DNA of 64,000 bases from Bryobacteraceae bacterium (GTDB lineage Bacteria; Acidobacteriota; Terriglobia; Bryobacterales; Bryobacteraceae), in NCBI GenBank assembly GCA_035501355.1, contig DATJWJ010000263.1, positions 24,172 through 88,171 on the forward strand, read 5' to 3'. Under the pieces are notes generated by a model that saw only the letters and a list, made by a program, of their open reading frames with translations, did not search any database and was not told the origin of the DNA. A program made the translations under genes and the position numbers. Position 1 is the first letter of the stretch, and every line of letters starts with the position of its first letter. Of this stretch, positions 40,401 to 46,796 are shown piece after piece.

Positions 40401-41976
40401 TAGGAACGCCGGATGGTCCCAGCGGCCGCGATTCGCCCAGCGGCGCGCCGTTCTGATCCTTCGAGATGAAAAGCCAGTAAGCCGTGCCCGCCCACTCGTG
40501 CGAGAAAGTGCACAGGTAACCTTGGAGCGTGTAGCCAGAGTAGGGATTTCCGGCGGCGTCGTTGGTCACTGCCACTGGGTTTGAATTGCAATGCTGCGGC
40601 GTCGCGTCTTCAAGTACCGACCAGGAGCTGGACATGTCGGCTTCAAATCCAAAGCTGACGTTGATGGATCCGATGGCGCCCTGGCGCACAATCTGAAATC
40701 CAAACGCGCGGCCTTCGTAATTTGCCGATGCCGGGCAGGCCGAGTTGCACGTTTCGACCGTGGTCAATTGCACCGCGGATTGGATGGACGCGATGGTGCA
40801 GTAGTTGTTCGCGCAACCCCACGCCGAGGAGCCTTGAATATAAATCTTGCTGCCGGCTGGCCAGTCCACGTCGAACGCGTTCTCAGACGTATAGGCCTGG
40901 CCGGGATTGGTCAGCGAGACAGTGTTGCCGTTGACGCTCACGGTTCCAGGCGTCGGAACCACATCGCCGTGCAGCGGCGTGTAGCCCCAGTTCGCAAACA
41001 CCGGCGCGGGCGCCGCGGCCGGAATCTTCACCGTGCCGGTGGCGGCGGGCGTGCTTTGCAACGTGATATTGAACGTGCGCGACAAGCACGGCAGGCCGGC
41101 TCCTTGCGCGAGACAAACCGCCAGCGTGTTGCTTCCATCGGCGGCGCCGATCGCGGTGGAGTCCGCCGAGCCATACATGTACAGAAGGAGATCGTCGACG
41201 TTGAAGCGCGGGTACCAGTTGTTGAAAACGCCAGTCCCGGTCATCTGAAACGCTGGAAGCGGCATGAAGATCTGGGCCGCGCCGGTGCAATTGGCGTAAC
41301 TTGCGCCAGCCGTGTTCAGATTCGCGGCGCTGGAACACACGCCGCTCGAGATCACGCCGGTCGCCAATGGCGCGCCCAGGCCGTCGGTGCTATTTTGACT
41401 CGCCGCATACGCGTCTCCGGCGAACGTCACTCGCTTTACTAACTGCCCGCTGAGCGGATCCGCCAGCGCCTGATTCCGCTGGCTTATGGTCCAATCGAAC
41501 TGCGGATACGCGCGGTTGTCCCAGCCGTTGGGATCGAAGGGCGGTTGCTCAGGATACAAACTGCCAAGCCGCAGCGTGGATGTGGTGAACGATCCTTGCG
41601 AAGTCTGTGAGTCCACCAGATCCGTGATCGAGTAGTAATAAACCGTCTGCGCGGCCAGCGCCCGCGAGTGCAGTTTTCCGTCGCTGGCTTTTTGCGACGT
41701 CCGCAAACCGGCCACGAAGCTGACCGTTTTCCCCAGGATCGCCGACCCCGCGCGATTGCATCGCTGGGAAGCGGGGAACAGCGTGGCGTTGGTGTCGTCG
41801 ACCAGGTGCGTCTGCGCCGCATCGCTATAGACCTGGACCGTACACTGCGATGGATCGCTGACCGTGAAGGACAGCACCGCCTGGGTGTTGGTGGTTTGGA
41901 TTCCAACTTTACCGGGCGCGCCAAAGGAGGGAACGCAGCACAAAACGGCTGCCAGACCATACAAGAGTCGCTGCAT
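37423..41976 (-). CDS. Giant secreted protein of unknown function (1517 aa)
   Basis: Uninterrupted ORF with signal peptide MQRLLYGLAAVLCCVPSFGAPG. Composition is rich in Gly/Ser/Thr/Asn/Trp/Tyr/Cys. I recognised no catalytic, repeat or anchoring motif. Confidence 0.75.
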   Translation of the reverse strand: MQRLLYGLAAVLCCVPSFGAPGKVGIQTTNTQAVLSFTVSDPSQCTVQVYSDAAQTHLVDDTNATLFPASQRCNRAGSAILGKTVSFVAGLRTSQKASDGKLHSRALAAQTVYYYSITDLVDSQTSQGSFTTSTLRLGSLYPEQPPFDPNGWDNRAYPQFDWTISQRNQALADPLSGQLVKRVTFAGDAYAASQNSTDGLGAPLATGVISSGVCSSAANLNTAGASYANCTGAAQIFMPLPAFQMTGTGVFNNWYPRFNVDDLLLYMYGSADSTAIGAADGSNTLAVCLAQGAGLPCLSRTFNITLQSTPAATGTVKIPAAAPAPVFANWGYTPLHGDVVPTPGTVSVNGNTVSLTNPGQAYTSENAFDVDWPAGSKIYIQGSSAWGCANNYCTIASIQSAVQLTTVETCNSACPASANYEGRAFGFQIVRQGAIGSINVSFGFEADMSSSWSVLEDATPQHCNSNPVAVTNDAAGNPYSGYTLQGYLCTFSHEWAGTAYWLFISKDQNGAPLGESRPLGPSGVPTNQSWTSNGASFPNGANIAFAGWHPTDGSKFMASAAYNSGTTALLVSAQYDPTQPGCSPAYTNWSGAQQYVAAYSYPVATCFTYTNLTNPSGNPPMDLRSQIVSAYASYNPGFDLSGFAVGEVTVTSGYALSCLGATGGGDRNLRVCGAFDATSGNLVQVFDSFSKYPGRWGYVHGPIHGIGTYHALTLDHPYPNAASASNALYGPFEMAVTAVNRAGFGQTASWTFTGTGAGTSMAANEAYACPTGLAAYLVNLGAAGNHCIQVQVSSEPCSHTPGTQAIYPGGKTEAQQFPCTSTDGTTVTNAAWSKLQNLAVGDWVRPNENYNDYDEVFIIAKKDVISASQINLWLVRGGGVWPNNAQPAYATINAVHSDGLSLAMTANWILAAANWMMNATDPSATWLPDNPALVLVHGVQVPGSNPNNKIAVAVDLQDQTKYAGFYDLPIAQQIMQPLPDIAAVGPAWAASGAGYAGLIQQYMNNDQLAASPWDRRWVVNYRHLNPPSGNGPEYRSSPGVAGVLTAVAGTAQVYKITDPYSGGPPDPKQLPFVLFAGRFLLKDVSSPNTATNTITDATTFAACFAIQAGECRTDSSAGDRYVSVPFAAGENQCLTNQYEEVAPCFFNASPVAGKIQQIDVSGKFDRGGLRQRMLSTAFTGIGGQYQFSAPKMTPDGAWMFVPCWWLNGVRSEVCAVSMPPFPAQDSQVRTGYAAHDVTLSGSPGDQVRICWGYAENGPVDGSPASLYPTPRQEQGCSIGAVPLTATTPPQNPGNSAGYVNIDTATQGNWETLYGSDGYNVIQDSTLYPSYVTVAVGGAPYTWATQTSDVRGLQRVSSPGRVAASVYSSTSFTVDLNFTDGATHKVAFYFVDWDSGNRSETAQILDGATGAVLDTRSITNFSGGIYLVWNLSGHVTLKITDVSGVNAVLSGIFFGSGSPGGAVAGPFGWASEPVKYADCSAGCRIRMNLIPGRVAYYIIQRNNGGQITTSPVMVAVEK

Positions 41977-41985
41977 CGTTGATCC

Positions 41986-42822
41986 CTACCAAGTTGTTAG
42001 TGCGGCGCGGAGCCAAGTATTCGCAGCTACGCAGACGTAATAGTAGGAGGTGTCGACCGACCAGGCGCCCTTGGTGCAGGCGGTCGAGGAAGTGGGCGGG
42101 ACGGGCATCCACAACGCTAGTAAGGTGGGGTCAATCGAGAGGGTGGTTACGCCGTTGGCGGTGGCGCTGAGCAAGCCGGTTCCGGCCGCGATGTTGGTGG
42201 TGCTCTGGAATGCACGCCAGTCCTTGCCGCCGGTGGTATCCCAAGTGCCGTTGGTTGCGGTCCAGGTGAAAATTGGAATGGAATTGGAGGGAAATGCGCT
42301 CACGCCCGGCGCTGCCAGACAGCCCGAAGCGCAGGTTACCGTCAGGTTGTGGCCAACGGTGAGGTTTCCACTCGGATCCAGATAAACGTAGGCCGTGCCG
42401 GTGCCCGCGCTGATGGTAGCCGAGGTCGAAGTGGTGAAGGCGTACACCGAGCTTCCGAACCGCACATTGCAGGGCGCGGTAACCGAGCAGCTCGCGCCGA
42501 GGGTCAGCGTGGTCGCCGAGGTTAGCGTCGGCGCCAGGTCTGAAAGCTGGCTGGCGGACTGCGCACCGGTTCCTGCTTCGAGCGTCCAGGTGTTGGTTGC
42601 CGTGCAGCCATAGACGTTGGTGCCGGCGGCCGCGCTGGTCAGGTAGAACATTTGTCCCACCGAGCAACTGCTGGGCAGCGCCGCGCCGGACTTGAAGGGC
42701 GCGGTGCTCATCGCGCCGGTGAAATCCACGTCTCTGCTCTGCGCCTTCAGGTCAATCGCCGTAGGCGTCTGGCACCAGGCCTGGCACACGAAAAAGATAA
42801 CAATCAGGTATCGCTGCAACAC
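41986..42822 (-). CDS. Secreted Cys-motif protein of unknown function (278 aa)
   Basis: GTG start at 42822 preceded by GAAGGAGGG. Signal peptide LQRYLIVIFFVCQAWC. Rich in Thr/Ser/Ala/Gly. Ends 9 nt before the giant gene. Confidence 0.65.
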   Translation of the reverse strand: MLQRYLIVIFFVCQAWCQTPTAIDLKAQSRDVDFTGAMSTAPFKSGAALPSSCSVGQMFYLTSAAAGTNVYGCTATNTWTLEAGTGAQSASQLSDLAPTLTSATTLTLGASCSVTAPCNVRFGSSVYAFTTSTSATISAGTGTAYVYLDPSGNLTVGHNLTVTCASGCLAAPGVSAFPSNSIPIFTWTATNGTWDTTGGKDWRAFQSTTNIAAGTGLLSATANGVTTLSIDPTLLALWMPVPPTSSTACTKGAWSVDTSYYYVCVAANTWLRAALTTW

Positions 42823-42946
42823 TGACGCGAGCCCTCCTTCATGCGGCGAGTATAGAGTGCGGCGGCGGGGTGCCGATGCTAAGTGCTTGATTTAACTGAT
42901 CGACAGATCTGTCACCGTTTCCGCCGGCAGGGTCTAAAAATAGCGC

Positions 42947-42982
42947 TTGACAACGTGGTCGTTTAGTACTAATTAATTAGTA
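42947..42982 (+). promoter_or_regulatory. Putative blaI promoter and operator
   Basis: TTGACA (42947-42952), a 17-nt spacer, then TAATTA (42970-42975). A perfect 16-bp palindrome TACTAATTAATTAGTA (42967-42982) ends on the A of the ATG. Confidence 0.5.
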
Positions 42983-43380
42983 TGCGACCGCGGCACAGCA
43001 CTCTCACCGGGCAGGAGCTGGAAATCATGAAGGTGGTCTGGCAGCTCGAATCGGCCACCGTGCGGCACGTCTACGAGGAGCTGCTCAAGAAACGGCACAT
43101 CGCCTACACCACCGTCATGACGCTGATGAACATCCTAGAGAAAAAAGGCCACCTCAAAAAGCGGCAGCAGGATCGGGCTTACGTGTATTCTCCGGCCAAG
43201 CCTCAGAAGCAGGTGATCGGGGCGATCGTGCGCGATTTTGTGCAACGCGTTTTCAACGGATCGGCCGAGCCGCTGTTGCTGCACCTGATCGAAGACGAAC
43301 AGCTCACGGCGAAAGATCTGGACGAAATTCGGCGGGCCATCCGCTCCTCGAAGCCTCCTCAAAGCGGGAGGGCAAAATGA
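42982..43380 (+). CDS. BlaI/MecI/CopY-family transcriptional repressor
   Basis: 132 aa with a winged helix LTGQELEIMKVVWQLESATVRHVYEELLKKRHIAYTTVMTLMNILEKKGHL and a C-terminal dimerisation helix. Confidence 0.9.
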   Translation: MRPRHSTLTGQELEIMKVVWQLESATVRHVYEELLKKRHIAYTTVMTLMNILEKKGHLKKRQQDRAYVYSPAKPQKQVIGAIVRDFVQRVFNGSAEPLLLHLIEDEQLTAKDLDEIRRAIRSSKPPQSGRAK

Positions 43381-45203
43381 CCGGCCAAGCGCTCTTCGAC
43401 ACGCTCCTGGTGTGGAGCGCGCAGATTTGCCTGCTGGCGGTGGCGGGCGCGCTTACGATTCGTTTTCTCCACCAACCCAAAGCGCGCCTGTGGGCATGGC
43501 AGGGGCTGCTATTGCTCTTGCTGGCATTGCCAATGATCGAGCCATGGCGCATGCCGTTACCTGAGGCGCTTCCTGCCCTGATCGAAGATGCCGGGGTGGG
43601 TCTGGGGCTGCGGCAAGCACTCGGTCCACAAGCGCACCACTGGAGCCGCGCTGATTTACTGTGGATCATCGCGCTCGGCGCGGCATTGCGGCTATTTTGG
43701 ATTGGGGCTGGGCTGCTGCGTCTCGGCCGCTACCGGAAGGACTCGCGTCTGTTGCCGACGCCGCCAGTCCCCTTTGGAAGCAGCTCTGCCCGATGGTACC
43801 TGCATCCTGATCTTACGGGCCCGGTGACATATGGTTGGCCGCGCGCCTCGGTGCTTCTGCCCGCGCGCTTTGAAGAAATGGAAGCTTCCATGCGCGAGGC
43901 CATCGCCTGCCACGAGCTCATTCACGTAGTCCGTCGCGATTGGCTTTTCGTCATGGCCGAAGAAGCGATCCGCGCGGCATTCTGGTTTCACCCCGCGGTC
44001 TGGTTCGTCCTGAGCCGCGTTCAGTTGGCTCGCGAGCAGGTAGTGGATCGCGAAGTCATCCGCGTAACGCGCGACCGGGATCGTTATCTCGACGCACTGG
44101 TCGCGGTAGCCGAACAGAAGATTCAGCCGGATCTCGCTCCGGCTCCCCTATTCCTTAGAAAACGCCAGCTCGCCCACAGAGTGGCGGCTGTACTTCAGGA
44201 GGTTTCCATGTCCCGCACTCGCCTGTTCACCACGCTCGCGACGATCTGCTCAGCGCTGTTGGTTGCCGCGCGTATTTCAGTTTGGCTGATTCCGTTTTCC
44301 GTCCCGGCGCAAGTTCAGCCGGACGATCCCGGAGTCGCGGTGGACGCCGGTGCGGCGCTGCTGCATCGCACACCCGTCCACATTCCCGCGAACGTAACCG
44401 CGCGCGGCGTCGTGGTGGTTGAAGTGAGTCTGAATGCCAAGGGAGAAGTGAGCGATGCGCGCGTGTTGAGCGGACCGGACGAGCTGCGAAAGCCGGTGCT
44501 CGAAAGCGTCCTCAACTGGCACTATGAGGCTGGACCCGCTTCGGCCCAGGTCAAGGTCAAGGTCGCGGGCGCGGCTGCCGCTACGCACCCGGATGGAACG
44601 TCCGGCCCGACATACTACCTCGATCCCGCTTACGTGAATGGCCAGTTCCCGGCGACTCTCACGGCTGTGAATTTCCGTGGAATCACTGCTGACGCCCAAG
44701 AACACCTGCGTGGTGGACTGCCCTTCCACGAGGGCGACGTAATGCAGTACGACGATCTGCGGCAGGTGGAGAGCGCGGTCACGAATTTCGATTCCCATCT
44801 CAAGATGACAATTCACATCGCCGGCAACCATCAGTTTTCGCTGCTCTTCGCACCGCCTGGAGCCCAGGGCGATTCGGCTGCGGTCGGGTTTCCTCCACCA
44901 GCGCCGGGCGTTCAGCGCGTCCGCGTCGGCGGCAACATGATGCAGACGAAGCTTGTAAACAGAGTCATGCCCAAATATCCGCCCGAGGCTAAGCAACAAC
45001 ACATCACAGGCAAGGTGAGCTACAACGCGTTGATTGGCGCGGGCGGCCAGATTGTCGACCTGCATCTTATCTCGGGAGAGGCGATCCTGGCCGATGCCGC
45101 TCTACAAGCGCTCAAACAGTGGACCTATCAGCCCACGCTGCTCAACGGCAAGCCGGTGGAGGTGGTGACGCAGATCGACGTCAACTTCACGCTGGCGAAC
45201 TAG
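43377..45203 (+). CDS. M56 (BlaR1-like) membrane metalloprotease sensor with two TonB-C-like domains
   Basis: ATGA overlap with the repressor gene. It has N-terminal TM helices and the HExxH site AIACHELIHVVRRDW. The C-terminal domain is PKYPPEAKQQHITGKVSYNALIGAGGQIVDLHLISGEAILADAALQALKQWTYQP, with an earlier similar module GVVVVEVSLNAKGEVSDARVLSGPDELRKPVLESVLNWHYE. Confidence 0.85.
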   Translation: MTGQALFDTLLVWSAQICLLAVAGALTIRFLHQPKARLWAWQGLLLLLLALPMIEPWRMPLPEALPALIEDAGVGLGLRQALGPQAHHWSRADLLWIIALGAALRLFWIGAGLLRLGRYRKDSRLLPTPPVPFGSSSARWYLHPDLTGPVTYGWPRASVLLPARFEEMEASMREAIACHELIHVVRRDWLFVMAEEAIRAAFWFHPAVWFVLSRVQLAREQVVDREVIRVTRDRDRYLDALVAVAEQKIQPDLAPAPLFLRKRQLAHRVAAVLQEVSMSRTRLFTTLATICSALLVAARISVWLIPFSVPAQVQPDDPGVAVDAGAALLHRTPVHIPANVTARGVVVVEVSLNAKGEVSDARVLSGPDELRKPVLESVLNWHYEAGPASAQVKVKVAGAAAATHPDGTSGPTYYLDPAYVNGQFPATLTAVNFRGITADAQEHLRGGLPFHEGDVMQYDDLRQVESAVTNFDSHLKMTIHIAGNHQFSLLFAPPGAQGDSAAVGFPPPAPGVQRVRVGGNMMQTKLVNRVMPKYPPEAKQQHITGKVSYNALIGAGGQIVDLHLISGEAILADAALQALKQWTYQPTLLNGKPVEVVTQIDVNFTLAN

Positions 45204-45225
45204 CGGCTGTAGTAAGCTGGGCGTC

Positions 45226-46215
45226 ATGCGATTTTTCTCTCGCCCCGCTTGTCTTGCGCTAAGTTGCGCCGCGTTTGTATTCGCTCAACAGGTCCCCGAT
45301 ACGATCGACGGGCACCGCGCCGCCGCGCGCGCCGCCGCCGGACAGGATCTGGTTGGGATTTATAACCGCGTGTGCCCCGGCGAAACTCCAGCGCCGCAAG
45401 GCCGCGGTCCGGCCGGTAGAGGCGCAGCCGCCGCGCCGCGCCCCGATCCTCCTCGCGAACAATGGTACGCCGAGCCGGTGAAGGTGTTCGATAACCTGTA
45501 TTTTCTCGGCACCAAGATTCACGGCTCCTGGGCGGTGACCACCTCCGACGGCATCATCATCATCGACACGCTGTATAGCTACGCCGCCGAACCCGAGATC
45601 GTCGAAGGTTTGAGAAAGCTCGGGCTCGATCCGGCCAAGATCAAGTACGTGGTGGTGAGCCATGGCCACGGCGATCACGACGCAGGCGCGAAGCTACTTC
45701 AGGACGAATTCCATCCGCACATTCTGTTTAGCGCGGCCGATTGGGAACTGGCCGAGCGCGACACGCGCAATCCGATCCCGCGGCGCGACATGGTGGCCAC
45801 GGACGGCGAAAAGCTCAAGCTCGGCGACACCACCATCACGCTCTACATCACGCCGGGCCACACACCCGGCACCATCTCGACGCTGGTTCCCGTGAAGGAT
45901 CTGGGTCATCCGCACCTGGCGGCCGAGTGGGGCGGAACGGCGCTCAGCACCGCGACACCGATTCCGATGATCGAGGCCTATATCAAGTCCGCAGAGCGTT
46001 TCCGCGACCTCGCCGGGGGAGCCGGGGCTGACGTGATCATCACCAATCATTCGGAATTTGACAACTCCTTCGCCAAGCTGAATGCGCTCGCCACGCGCAA
46101 GCCGGGCGATCCGAATCCCTACGTGGTCGGCAAGCAGACCGTGCAGCGCTATCTGACGGTCGCCGAGGAGTGCGGAAAAGCGATGCTGCTGGCAGCGAAG
46201 GAGCAGCGGCGCTAA
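45226..46215 (+). CDS. Exported subclass-B3-like metallo-beta-lactamase fold protein
   Basis: Signal peptide MRFFSRPACLALSCAAFVFAQ. Motifs are VKVFDNLYFLG, HxHxDH (SHGHGDHDAG), PGHTPGT and ITNHSE. It starts 22 nt after the M56 gene. Confidence 0.8.
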   Translation: MRFFSRPACLALSCAAFVFAQQVPDTIDGHRAAARAAAGQDLVGIYNRVCPGETPAPQGRGPAGRGAAAAPRPDPPREQWYAEPVKVFDNLYFLGTKIHGSWAVTTSDGIIIIDTLYSYAAEPEIVEGLRKLGLDPAKIKYVVVSHGHGDHDAGAKLLQDEFHPHILFSAADWELAERDTRNPIPRRDMVATDGEKLKLGDTTITLYITPGHTPGTISTLVPVKDLGHPHLAAEWGGTALSTATPIPMIEAYIKSAERFRDLAGGAGADVIITNHSEFDNSFAKLNALATRKPGDPNPYVVGKQTVQRYLTVAEECGKAMLLAAKEQRR

Positions 46216-46232
46216 GCGCACCGCATACCACA

Positions 46233-46796
46233 CTATCGAGCAGGTTGGCCCGGTTGAATCGCGCTGACCAACTCGAGCCATAGTTGGAGCGTCAAGTCGT
46301 GTTGAGCCTCATTGCTTGGCAAATACGGACGCATCTCACTGCAGTAGCGCTCCCTGAGGATGCCCGGCTTCAGGTAACCCGCGCGTGCGAGGCGTTCTAC
46401 ATCATCGCGATCACGTTCCCTATTGCCCTCCAACTTGGAAAGAGCTAAGTCGTGAGCCTCAAGCGCAAACAGACGTAATCGTCGCCATGCACCCGGATAG
46501 ATGGGGACCAATCGTTCCACGTAATTTTCGGGCGCCGTCGCAATGGTAACAGCGTGAAGGTAGATCTTATGTTTCTTATGCAAGAGCGAACCCTCGCCCG
46601 CTATTTCAGTGAGACTTCGCCAGACGTTCGGGACAACGCCTAAAAAATCAACATCCCTCGTCGTGCGGGCGACGCCGTAAGTATGCGTCACAACAAAGCC
46701 GCCACAACAATGGAGTTGAACTTCTTCGGTGAGTAGATTATCCAGCTCAAAGAAGAACGCCCGCCACGGCTCCGGCGGCTCTTCAATGGGCGGCAT
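46233..46796 (-). CDS. Minimal nucleotidyltransferase-fold protein (DUF6036/AbiEii/MNT-like)
   Basis: 187 aa with the NTase signature CCGGFVVTHTYGVARTTRDVDFLG (GG-N14-DxD). It overlaps the upstream HTH gene by 14 nt. Confidence 0.65.
   Translation of the reverse strand: MPPIEEPPEPWRAFFFELDNLLTEEVQLHCCGGFVVTHTYGVARTTRDVDFLGVVPNVWRSLTEIAGEGSLLHKKHKIYLHAVTIATAPENYVERLVPIYPGAWRRLRLFALEAHDLALSKLEGNRERDRDDVERLARAGYLKPGILRERYCSEMRPYLPSNEAQHDLTLQLWLELVSAIQPGQPAR

Noticed and set aside
37423-41976. D-x-N-x-T sequons (DTNAT, DLNFT) and Asp-box-like strings (STDGTTV, TPDGAW) in the giant protein as evidence for PglB-type N-glycosylation or a sialidase-like propeller
   Set aside because: There are only two sequons in 1517 aa. 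None of the GT-C proteins shows a WWDYG-type STT3 motif, and the Asp-box-like strings lack the conserved Trp and do not recur regularly. All are compatible with chance.
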